From: a virus
Lineage: Duplodnaviria > Heunggongvirae > Uroviricota > Caudoviricetes
Strand: one strand, 5' to 3'
IMG/VR virus record: IMGVR_UViG_3300032007_003791
Length of the DNA: 31,004 nucleotides
The notes beneath the pieces are model-generated. The model worked only from the letters and a program-made list of their open reading frames with translations, was not told where the DNA came from and ran no database searches. A program made the position numbers and the translations under genes. Shown here one piece after another: positions 1 to 8,053 of the stretch. Position 1 is the first letter of the stretch. Each line of letters opens with the position of its first letter.

Positions 1-27
1 AAGGTGTCTTGCAGGGGGGGCCTTTTA

Positions 28-1218
28 TTAAATCTTCAATAGCGCGGCCGCTTGCATGCGCTGTTCTGAGGTGTACCCTTCGAGGTAGTGTTGCGTGGTC
101 CGTATGTTGGAATGCCCCAGGGCGTCGGAGATGAACTCGATTGGTACACCTTTCTGTAGGAGACGTGTTGCGAAAGCGTGACGGGCGGTGTTGGTGGTGA
201 TTTTTTCGGGAATAGAGAGGGTTTCGCAGGCCCTTGCAAGGTATTTATTGGTTGTTTTGATGACTTGACGTATATACAGGAATTCCTCTTGGGTGTTTTC
301 TTCGTATGGGTCCAGGACGGGGATAATGTATTTAATTCCTCCGGAAAGGAGATTTATTGCTTGCACGAGTTCCGGGATCAATGCGATATGGATTTCCTTC
401 CCGAAACCGTTCTTCTTCGTTTTCTTGCGGGAGAAGACGATTTCCCGGTCTTTGATATTGTCGTGCTTGAGATGAAGGAGGTCTACCATGTTCAGCCCGT
501 TCCCGTAGTAGATACAGCGGAAGTATTGGAGGTAGTGGAATTCTTTTTCGCTGAGTTGTTCTTGTTTGGCATTGAGGAGTTTCTCCAAGGATTGTTCAGA
601 GATTTTCATTTCTTTGCGTTTACCTGACGGCTTCTTTACTTTGAGCATAGGGTTGCCATGAAGGAGATGCTTTTCGACTGCTTTCCCCAGAACGGAACTC
701 AGGTTCCTTGCGCGGATGGAAACGGTAGTCGAACTGTTCTGCTTTACCTCTTCGAGCCAGTTGATATAGTCCTGGCAAAAGGCTGCATTGCACCTGCTGA
801 AACGCACCTCGCCGCCGGCGAATTCATCGAGGGTGGAAGCGGTGAGGTCACAGAGGGATGCGGTGTTGAATTTACCTTCCCCGCGTAGCTCTTCAGCACG
901 CGCCCTTGCGAATGACTGGACGGATGTATGTCTTCCACCTTGAAGCATCATCTTTAGGGCGCTCAGGGAGAAGTCGCCTTCGTTGGTCAATTCGGTAACG
1001 CATCCGGAGACCTTTTCCCATTCTACGGAAAGGGGATGGTTCACTTCCGGGCATTGGTCGTACTCGTTCCACTGTGTTTCCGTCAGTTCGCATCTTGTGG
1101 AGATGTGATAGGCGTCACCGTCGTATATTATTTTAATATAAGGTACAAACAAGCCGTTTTTGAGCGGCTTGGATGGTTTGTACATGTGAAGGGTTACTTG
1201 TCCGATCTTCTTTCTCAT
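28..1218 (-). CDS. Tyrosine recombinase / site-specific integrase (Bacteroidetes type, with arm-binding N-terminus and SAM-like domain)
   Basis: 396-aa ORF with C-terminal catalytic motifs RKKT, NTARHAFAT and LGHSNIRTTQHY; lies beside the 3' end of a tRNA gene. Confidence 0.93.
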   Translation of the reverse strand: MRKKIGQVTLHMYKPSKPLKNGLFVPYIKIIYDGDAYHISTRCELTETQWNEYDQCPEVNHPLSVEWEKVSGCVTELTNEGDFSLSALKMMLQGGRHTSVQSFARARAEELRGEGKFNTASLCDLTASTLDEFAGGEVRFSRCNAAFCQDYINWLEEVKQNSSTTVSIRARNLSSVLGKAVEKHLLHGNPMLKVKKPSGKRKEMKISEQSLEKLLNAKQEQLSEKEFHYLQYFRCIYYGNGLNMVDLLHLKHDNIKDREIVFSRKKTKKNGFGKEIHIALIPELVQAINLLSGGIKYIIPVLDPYEENTQEEFLYIRQVIKTTNKYLARACETLSIPEKITTNTARHAFATRLLQKGVPIEFISDALGHSNIRTTQHYLEGYTSEQRMQAAALLKI

Positions 1219-1484
1219 GATGCAGTATGGAAATAGTTCAGTACCTCATCCAGGTTAAACAGCACCTTTCTGGGTGACAGTCTCTTTGTTGTGAGGATAT
1301 TCTTTTCTTCCAGGTTAAACAGTGTTTGCTTTGATACGTTGATTCCTCTGCTCTGCAACTCCTCTTTCACCTTTTGCCCGGATACCCATACGGTCTTTCT
1401 TTCATGTCCGGGTAGTGTATGGGAGAAGGTGAAGGAGGGAAGTTGTATCTCCATTTCGTCGTGTTCGAGTGTCAGTGTATACAT
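1215..1484 (-). CDS. Small DNA-binding (HTH, excisionase-like) protein
   Basis: 89 aa; VSKQTLFNLEEKNILTTKRLSPRKVLFNLDEV resembles MerR/Xis-type winged HTH; stop overlaps the integrase ATG (ATGA coupling). Confidence 0.6.
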   Translation of the reverse strand: MYTLTLEHDEMEIQLPSFTFSHTLPGHERKTVWVSGQKVKEELQSRGINVSKQTLFNLEEKNILTTKRLSPRKVLFNLDEVLNYFHTAS

Positions 1485-1506
1485 GATGACTTGGTTTTTG
1501 GTATTG

Positions 1507-1537
1507 CAAAATTACACAAATGTTTTTGTAAAACAAA
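1507..1537 (-). promoter_or_regulatory. Bacteroidetes housekeeping-sigma promoter for the xis-int pair
   Basis: Minus strand TTTG (1534-1537), 19-nt spacer, TAATTTTG (1507-1514). Confidence 0.65.
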
Positions 1538-1689
1538 ACGAAATTTTGTTATTTGACATATTTGTTATAATAAAAAGCGTCACTTTATACGGTCTGGGGC
1601 ATTATTTTTTGATTGGTCGGGTTTTGTCGTTCATCTCCAGGGATGTAAAACCCTCTTTTTGGGGCGAAAAAGTTGGATTTCCGTAATTA

Positions 1690-1742
1690 GAAAAGAATAT
1701 CAGGTAGCTAATTCGTTCACGCTTCCCGAATTAACTACCTGA
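1690..1742 (-). terminator. Intrinsic terminator-like hairpin downstream of tRNA-Val
   Basis: 16-bp inverted repeat TCAGGTAGCTAATTCG (1700-1715) / CGAATTAACTACCTGA (1727-1742); the single mismatch is a G-U pair on the minus strand; followed by TATTCTTTTC. Confidence 0.65.
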
Positions 1743-1763
1743 AAAACAGTGTTTTATTTGTTG

Positions 1764-1838
1764 TGGGCGGTACTGGATTCGAACCAGTGACCCCCTGCTT
1801 GTAAGGCAGGTGCTCTGAACCAACTGAGCTAACCGCCC
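1764..1838 (-). tRNA. trnV: tRNA-Val (anticodon TAC); CCA not encoded
   Basis: Reverse complement GGGCGGTTAGCTCAGTTGGTTCAGAGCACCTGCCTTACAAGCAGGGGGTCACTGGTTCGAATCCAGTACCGCCCA folds as a cloverleaf with TTCGAAT T-loop. Confidence 0.97.
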
Positions 1839-1849
1839 GAAAGGGAAGG

Positions 1850-1880
1850 CAAAGGTACAAAGAAAAATTGATTTTGCAAA
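1850..1880 (-). promoter_or_regulatory. Promoter of tRNA-Val
   Basis: Minus strand TTTG (1877-1880), 19-nt spacer, TACCTTTG (1850-1857), just upstream of the tRNA 5' end. Confidence 0.8.
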
Positions 1881-1916
1881 AAATTGTGTAAATTAGCGCA
1901 ACTAAACCTGAGACTT

Positions 1917-2642
1917 ATGCTTATTGTGTTTGCCTTGGCCGTGCTGCCAGCCCTTATCCTTGTTTATTATGTTTATACGCAGGACAAGCTCCAGCGGGAG
2001 CCCACGAAGAACCTGGTAAAAGCCTTCTTTTATGGGGGCGGGTCGGTGTTCGCTTCGCTGCTGATCTCTGTCCCGTTCATGAAGATGGGGCTGTTTCCGC
2101 AAGAGATTCACACTACAATCGATGCTTTTCGAACTGCTTTCTTTGGCGCTGCCATCCCTGAGGAAACGGCCAAACTGGTGTTGCTGTGGCTCTTCCTCCG
2201 CAAATGCAAGGACTTTGACGAGCGCATGGACGGCATTGTGTACGCAGTATGTGTGGGCATGGGCTTTGCCGCCTTCGAGAACCTGGAGTATGTGATAGGA
2301 GCTGGCTCCCAATGGGTGACCGTCGGTCTGAGTCGTTCCCTGACGGCCATCCCCGGCCATTTTGGCTTTGCCGTGGTGATGGGTTATTTCTTCTCCCTGT
2401 ACTACTTCGACAGCTATCGTGCTCCGCTGGCCGGACTTAAAATGTGGCTGTATCCGGTACTGCTCCACGGGACTTATGACTGGATTGCCATGTCGCAGCA
2501 AGTTACGCCGGAATTGGGCGGCGCCATCGCCCTGGCCATCCTGCTGCTATGCTTCAGTATGTTAAAATGGGCTCAGAAGCACATGAAGAAACACCTCATT
2601 GCCGATTCTTTCATCCACACAACGGGCGTCGACGAGCAGTAG
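1917..2642 (+). CDS. prsW: PrsW-family intramembrane metalloprotease
   Basis: Multi-TM protein with PEETAK, DGIVYA..GMGFAAFEN, PGH and LLHGTYD motifs; ATG at 1917 preferred to the upstream alternative start. Confidence 0.9.
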   Translation: MLIVFALAVLPALILVYYVYTQDKLQREPTKNLVKAFFYGGGSVFASLLISVPFMKMGLFPQEIHTTIDAFRTAFFGAAIPEETAKLVLLWLFLRKCKDFDERMDGIVYAVCVGMGFAAFENLEYVIGAGSQWVTVGLSRSLTAIPGHFGFAVVMGYFFSLYYFDSYRAPLAGLKMWLYPVLLHGTYDWIAMSQQVTPELGGAIALAILLLCFSMLKWAQKHMKKHLIADSFIHTTGVDEQ

Positions 2643-2828
2643 TACCAGGCCCGGCACAGTTGGGCCAGTAACGCGTATAAGATGGGGATACCGGTGGCCA
2701 TCATCAGTGAGGCCCTGGGGCACAGTTCAGAGAAGACGACCCGCATTTATCTGGCGTCCATGGAGGAGGAAAAATTGGATGCCGCGAACGCCTCCATTTT
2801 GGAATTTTTAATGAGTGGGAAGGGATAA
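2643..2828 (+). pseudogene. C-terminal remnant of a tyrosine recombinase (no start codon)
   Basis: Manual translation right after the prsW TAG: YQARHSWASNAYKMGIPVAIISEALGHSSEKTTRIYLASMEEEKLDAANASILEFLMSGKG*, containing the ARHSWA and LGHS..TT.IY boxes. Confidence 0.88.
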
Positions 2829-2873
2829 AACGCAACTTAAATGGTCCAAAGATGCAAAAAAAGTGGTTTAAAA

Positions 2874-2905
2874 CTTGTTTTTAAAAAATTATAAAATTAT
2901 TTTTG
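2874..2905 (+). promoter_or_regulatory. Candidate promoter for the pilus operon
   Basis: CTTG (2874-2877), 20-nt spacer, TATTTTTG (2898-2905). Confidence 0.55.
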
Positions 2906-3049
2906 CGGAAAATATTGTAGTGAAAAACACCATCTCTTGAGAAGAGACGGAAAGAAAAGATAGAGATTTATCAGTTTGTTTAGGGTTGGCGAAGGTAAGG
3001 ATTTTCTTATTAATTGTCAAGCATAAACAAGATAAAAAAAGGTTAAACT

Positions 3050-4657
3050 ATGGTGAACTGGCCGCTTCGAAAAGGGGGACTTCTCCTAATTGGATTGGCG
3101 CTCAATTTCATTGCCTACGCTGCCTCGGAACCGCGCGATACGGTGAAAAGGTGGCAGGGGATGAGTTTGCGTACCAATCTGCTGTGGGATGCCGCGGCAG
3201 AACCCAATATCGGCCTTGAATTCCCTGTGGGTAAACACGTTTCCCTGGGTCTCAACGCCGGCATCAAAACCTGGCCCCGCTGGCTGGCCTGGGACTGGGA
3301 CAAGGAGAACCCCACCCACTGGCGCAACTTAACAATGGTGCCAGAAGCAAGGTATTACTTTGACCAGGTGTACGATGGCTGGTTTGTTGGCGCAGATTTC
3401 CTGTACACCCACTTTAACGTAGGTAAGGTAAAGTTCCCCTTCGGCCTGTATCCCGAGGTAAGGGATTACAGGATGCAGGGAGACTTCATGGGCCCGGGTC
3501 TTTTTGGCGGTTATTCCTGGTGGCTGGGACAGCACTGGCGTTTGGAGGCCGAAGCAGGCGTGGCCGTGGGCTATTATAAAGCAGGAAAATTTGAGTGCGA
3601 GCACTGCGGTTCCCAGATAGGGGAGCCGGCAGGTGTGGCCCTTGTTCCCAAGATAGGCGTGAACATAGCCTACAACGTCCGCCGCCGTACAGAGGAAACC
3701 CCGGAAGTAATCCCTCCTATGCCGGATACCCTCCTTCCTCCCGTGGTAGTTCCGGAACCCGCCCCGTTTGAACCAGCATCGTTCAAGGTTGAAGAATGGA
3801 AAGGAGTTGCCGGAGAACTGGCGCCCAAGCATCCGGTGCTGAGACCTTCCTCCGAGTATACGCCTTATACCCCGGACCGCATCCTCAGAAAGGAAGAGGG
3901 CGCTCTGTATGTTTTCTACGAGTTGGACAAGGCCGACCTCAAGCGCGGCTTCTCGGAATCCGGCCTCAGCAGGGATAACGGTCCTGTGCTGGACGAAATC
4001 ATTGACATTACTGCCGGCATCCTTAAAGACACCACCAGCAGCGTCTCCTGCATCCAGATTGTGGGTCTGGCATCCATCGATGGTTCCGTTTTGCGCAACC
4101 AGAGTCTGGCCGATAACCGCGCCAGGGCTCTTCAGGCATATATCCAGGACCGCATTCCCGTTACAGACGCCCTCTTCGAGACGGTTGGCGGTGGTGAGGC
4201 CTGGACTGAATTCCGGGATGCCGTTAATGACATGGTCCTTGCCGGCGGCGGTGCCGGACTCACTGTTACGCAGCTGCAGAAAGTGTTGGATATCATTGAC
4301 GGAGAGCCAAATCCGGACCTGCGGGAATCCAGGCTCAAAGCTCTTGAAAACGGTGCAGTGTACCAGCAGTTAAAGCGCCATGTCCTGGCCGATCTACGTA
4401 ATTCCGGTTATATCCGGGTGTATTTTGATTACGTACCTGATGAAAACGCCCGCATCATCAACAGCGCCATAGATGCCATAGAGGTCGGAGAAATGGACAA
4501 GGCCCGTGAAATTGCCGCCACGGTAAAGGACGACCCCCGTGCATCTGTAGTGTTGGAATGCTTGGAGGCCTATGAACGGCATTGCCGCCAGGAAGAAGCC
4601 TATCAGAAGTACTTAAAGGAATTAGAAGAATATAACAATTTAATTATCAACAAATAA
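3050..4657 (+). CDS. DUF3575-type beta-barrel plus OmpA-like peptidoglycan-binding domain protein (typical first gene of Bacteroidales fimbrial loci)
   Basis: Signal peptide; RTNLLWDA..EPNIGLEF, PEARYY, ECEHCG barrel motifs; Pro-rich linker; IVGLASIDGS..RNQSLADNRARAL OmpA-like motif. Confidence 0.8.
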   Translation: MVNWPLRKGGLLLIGLALNFIAYAASEPRDTVKRWQGMSLRTNLLWDAAAEPNIGLEFPVGKHVSLGLNAGIKTWPRWLAWDWDKENPTHWRNLTMVPEARYYFDQVYDGWFVGADFLYTHFNVGKVKFPFGLYPEVRDYRMQGDFMGPGLFGGYSWWLGQHWRLEAEAGVAVGYYKAGKFECEHCGSQIGEPAGVALVPKIGVNIAYNVRRRTEETPEVIPPMPDTLLPPVVVPEPAPFEPASFKVEEWKGVAGELAPKHPVLRPSSEYTPYTPDRILRKEEGALYVFYELDKADLKRGFSESGLSRDNGPVLDEIIDITAGILKDTTSSVSCIQIVGLASIDGSVLRNQSLADNRARALQAYIQDRIPVTDALFETVGGGEAWTEFRDAVNDMVLAGGGAGLTVTQLQKVLDIIDGEPNPDLRESRLKALENGAVYQQLKRHVLADLRNSGYIRVYFDYVPDENARIINSAIDAIEVGEMDKAREIAATVKDDPRASVVLECLEAYERHCRQEEAYQKYLKELEEYNNLIINK

Positions 4658-4673
4658 CAAATAATTTGTGCTT

Positions 4674-6983
4674 ATGAAACACTTAGTTAAAATTATCCTT
4701 TTGGGCACCGTATTACTGGGGGCAGCGGCCTGCCAACGGGAAACGGAAATGACTAAAACGACTAACCCGAGTGACAACTCCGAGAAGCAAGACGTTGTCG
4801 TCGACCTGGTGTTGAACGTCTTGACGGGGCGGAACGCCTCTACCAAGATGACTGACGCGAACGTTCAGATGAGCAACAACTTTCTGGGCATTCAAAATGC
4901 CGTAATCATTCCTTTTGAGACCGGCAACTCAGAAGCTGACAAGTATGTCACGCTAAACACCTATGGTGACATACCGCATACCAAAGGAAACCAGTTCTAT
5001 GATCTCGGTCTTCTCTTCCCGAGCAGCATGATTCCGGGAGGCGAGGGAGGTACGAACGCAGACAAATCCCGCCGCGTGGTCCAATTGTCCATACCTCTGG
5101 GCACGGACGCCATGCTGTTCTACGGCAAGGCCTACAACTCGATCTCTCCTTCAGCAACTGACGATGATATCATCGTGAACAGGAGGACCAGAGGCGCGCT
5201 GCTTGACGACATCAGCACGACGCCGACGGATCCGAGCGATATTCATTTCAACCTGGTTTCCCGGCTCACGGGGGAGAAAGCATATATCCCCGCCAGCGAA
5301 TCGGAGATAGACCTCACCGATTATACGCAGACGGCAAAACTGATGGAATACATCCTCAATTATGTCATCCATGATCCCGCCGTGAACGCAATCGAATCCT
5401 ACAAAGCGCCGAAAGACGTTACCACCTATCACGACCTTGATCCATTAACTTGGGAGGGCTTGGCTATAAAGCAAAACAATCATATACAGCTCAAGCCGCT
5501 CGAAGACATATTGGCCACCGCGTACAATAAGATCATGACTGTCAACACCAATGAATACCGTGGAGCCTCCTCCTATGCGGTTTCCTTGATTATAGACGAC
5601 CTTGCTGAGATTATTGACGCCGTTGTCAATGCGATCCCCACCGGCATTGAAGAAGCCAATGCGATTCGCCTGGCCGAAACCGAGATCCAACCTCGTATTA
5701 ATAGTTTTTTCTTACAGGACGAGAATAAACACTATAAATTCCGGCAGCTTTCCATTCTTAAGAGCCGCGTAACGGCAACTTTACCGGGTGCAACGGCCGA
5801 GGAAAAAGCTGCTGCCTACACATCGAACTTTGGAAATGCGGGGGAGCCCAGCCAGTTCCCTTACGAGCTCTTCCGCATCCCAGAGGGTGCCGCCCAGATG
5901 GGTATTGCCAGCAATGGCAAGATCGAATACAAGATTCCGAACCGCGCCCTGCTTCATCCGGATCCCAGCGATGTCGTCGATTTCCCGCCCTACAAGTACA
6001 CCTATCCGGCCGAGTTGGCCTATTATGTCAACAGCCCGCTGCTCGTGACCACGACGAAAGTGGATGATTCCGACACGTATTTCCCCAACGGATACAACAA
6101 ATGGTACAACCAGTCTTACTGGGATGCACTGAACAAAGGCTGGGGGAAAGGATTTGTCGGCACGGAGACCAAAGGCGTGGCCATCCGGGACAACGTAAAC
6201 TATGGCGTTGCTATGCTGGAGACCAACGTATCTTATAGCGCCTCGTCCTTTAATGACAATCGCGGACATTTCAGCCCCACAGAAGGAGACGCAACGATCT
6301 CCACCAGTCAACTCAGCCTTGAGCTGTACGGCGTCCTTATCGGTGGCCAGAACGTTGAAGTCAACTGGCAATATCTCAGCACGACCGACGACGAGGGCAA
6401 GTATAGCTTTGTCTTGTACGATGATGTCATGCAGACAACCCGGGGAGAGGATGCTTCTGCCAATTATGTGAAACCCGGCAGGCCCGTCACGAATTATACC
6501 CTCGTTCTGGACAATTACATCAACAAGAACACCCAGTTGGAGGTGCCTGTCGCGCTCGAATTCATCAACCGCGGTGTCGACTTCTGGGGCAGAGACAACC
6601 TGATTCGCCAAAACGCTACCTTCTACTTACTTGGGAAGCTTAAACCCACCGGAGCCAGTTCCTCCATTGACTGGACCATTACTGAAGACCAGGTGAATTC
6701 AGAAGGCGCCACCCCTTATATCGAGCGCTACGGCTACCAGGTTCCGCCTATCTGGGGCGTCGGAAGTGAAGCGGTCCCGGATGGGAAAGTTCGGGGAAAA
6801 TCCAAGCAGATTACCCGCGTTTTCATTCAGAACTTTACGACCAAGGCCAATTTCACGATTGGCACCAACAGTCTTAAGAACGCTTATGTGACCCTGCCCG
6901 ACCTTCGTTCGTCCCAGATGTCCCTGGGTCTGTCCGTCGACCTTTCCTGGCAGCCCGGTCTTGTGTTTAATGTTGAGCTGTAA
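4674..6983 (+). CDS. Type V pilin-like lipoprotein (candidate major subunit)
   Basis: Lipobox GAAAC; propeptide ending STK-M; C-terminal LGLSVDLSWQPGLVFNVEL donor-strand-like tail; position after DUF3575 gene. Confidence 0.65.
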   Translation: MKHLVKIILLGTVLLGAAACQRETEMTKTTNPSDNSEKQDVVVDLVLNVLTGRNASTKMTDANVQMSNNFLGIQNAVIIPFETGNSEADKYVTLNTYGDIPHTKGNQFYDLGLLFPSSMIPGGEGGTNADKSRRVVQLSIPLGTDAMLFYGKAYNSISPSATDDDIIVNRRTRGALLDDISTTPTDPSDIHFNLVSRLTGEKAYIPASESEIDLTDYTQTAKLMEYILNYVIHDPAVNAIESYKAPKDVTTYHDLDPLTWEGLAIKQNNHIQLKPLEDILATAYNKIMTVNTNEYRGASSYAVSLIIDDLAEIIDAVVNAIPTGIEEANAIRLAETEIQPRINSFFLQDENKHYKFRQLSILKSRVTATLPGATAEEKAAAYTSNFGNAGEPSQFPYELFRIPEGAAQMGIASNGKIEYKIPNRALLHPDPSDVVDFPPYKYTYPAELAYYVNSPLLVTTTKVDDSDTYFPNGYNKWYNQSYWDALNKGWGKGFVGTETKGVAIRDNVNYGVAMLETNVSYSASSFNDNRGHFSPTEGDATISTSQLSLELYGVLIGGQNVEVNWQYLSTTDDEGKYSFVLYDDVMQTTRGEDASANYVKPGRPVTNYTLVLDNYINKNTQLEVPVALEFINRGVDFWGRDNLIRQNATFYLLGKLKPTGASSSIDWTITEDQVNSEGATPYIERYGYQVPPIWGVGSEAVPDGKVRGKSKQITRVFIQNFTTKANFTIGTNSLKNAYVTLPDLRSSQMSLGLSVDLSWQPGLVFNVEL

Positions 6984-6992
6984 TCGGCAACC

Positions 6993-8051
6993 ATGCGATT
7001 CTACGCTACAGTCGTATTCCTATTCTCGTTCCTCGGGGCGGCCCTCCTGTCCGGATGCAGCCGCCTCGTGGACGAGGATATCTCTGACTGTGGCAAAGAT
7101 CTCAACCTCGATTATGAGCTGCAACTGGTGACCAACATGCGCACGGAGATCAAGACGGTGCTTGACCTGCAGGCCGACCTGCAAGTGGCAACAGTCCTTG
7201 AGAATCATCTCGAGGAAGTCTTCACCGACTTCGCCCACGACGTAGACCTGTCGTTCTACGACACGGCGGGCGACGAGGCCCGTCTGGAGCACCTCGACGT
7301 GGTGATGGACGGCAGCCAGTCCAGCTATTCACTATTCATCCCGGCCCGGCCCTACACGCACCTCTGCGTGGCCAACCTGGAAGCCGAGCCTTTTGTGACG
7401 CTGGAAGGTGACGGGCAATGCAAAACTTCGCGCCTGGTCCAGCACACCGAGGTCAAGGACACCGTCAGCGCCCACACGACCGGCATCTTTACGGCACGGA
7501 CGCAGATGGACATCCAGGTTGGCATCGACCAGCATTTCGACGTGAGCCTCTACATGGTCAACGCCGCCACGGCGCTAGTCCTCGACATGAGCGATGCCCC
7601 GAACCTGAAAGACCTCAGGGTTTACCTGCGCGGCATGGCCGACGGCTTCATGCTGGCAGACAGCACGTACACCTTCGACTCCGACCCCGTAATCCGGACA
7701 ACCCTCCTTCCCGTGGAGGCGGGCAGCACAGAGCGCTGCTATGTGTCCACTCACTTCCCGTCCCGCGACGTAGACGTGCCGAACACCAAGATGATCATCG
7801 ACATCGACGATCCGGACGGCGAGAAGTGGTCCGATGTAGTCCTCTGGTACTGGGAGGTTTACGCCACCCTGCCGGACGGCACCACGACCAAGTCCGTCCT
7901 GGGGTCGTATAATCCCCTCCACGCCGCACAGCTCAAGATTGTCAAAGGAGTCGTTCGTAAAGACGGATCCACCGAGGTCACCGACAAGACCATGGGTGTG
8001 AGCGTGACGTTGGACTGGGAACCCGGGACGGAACATAATTTTGAACTTTAG
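6993..8051 (+). CDS. FimB/Mfa2-like pilus anchor/assembly lipoprotein
   Basis: Lipobox LSGC followed by DEDISDC (Mfa2-like DE.L..C pattern); 352 aa; C-terminal VSVTLDWEPG. Confidence 0.65.
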   Translation: MRFYATVVFLFSFLGAALLSGCSRLVDEDISDCGKDLNLDYELQLVTNMRTEIKTVLDLQADLQVATVLENHLEEVFTDFAHDVDLSFYDTAGDEARLEHLDVVMDGSQSSYSLFIPARPYTHLCVANLEAEPFVTLEGDGQCKTSRLVQHTEVKDTVSAHTTGIFTARTQMDIQVGIDQHFDVSLYMVNAATALVLDMSDAPNLKDLRVYLRGMADGFMLADSTYTFDSDPVIRTTLLPVEAGSTERCYVSTHFPSRDVDVPNTKMIIDIDDPDGEKWSDVVLWYWEVYATLPDGTTTKSVLGSYNPLHAAQLKIVKGVVRKDGSTEVTDKTMGVSVTLDWEPGTEHNFEL

Positions 8052-8053
8052 CG

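Larger units (their letters stand above)
1..1763. mobile_element. Edge of an integrative element (genomic island or prophage) inserted at tRNA-Val; continues left beyond the window
   Basis: Integrase and xis-like gene directly downstream of the tRNA 3' end, in sequence visibly more AT-rich than the core genes; the second att copy is not in the window. Confidence 0.7.

Noticed and set aside
1291-1686. 131-aa plus-strand ORF between integrase and tRNA
   Set aside because: Antisense to the xis-like gene and runs through AT-rich promoter DNA; no recognisable protein features.
2640-2642. Programmed TAG readthrough or recoding giving a PrsW-recombinase fusion
   Set aside because: TAG is a normal stop in other genes here (8051, 11430, 20585); the recombinase piece lacks most of the catalytic domain; being in frame has a one-in-three chance.
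3060-3080. GGCCGCTTCGAAAAGGGGGAC as the partner inverted repeat of the 2930-2950 palindrome
   Set aside because: Arm sequence and spacer length do not match well enough to call an invertible segment.
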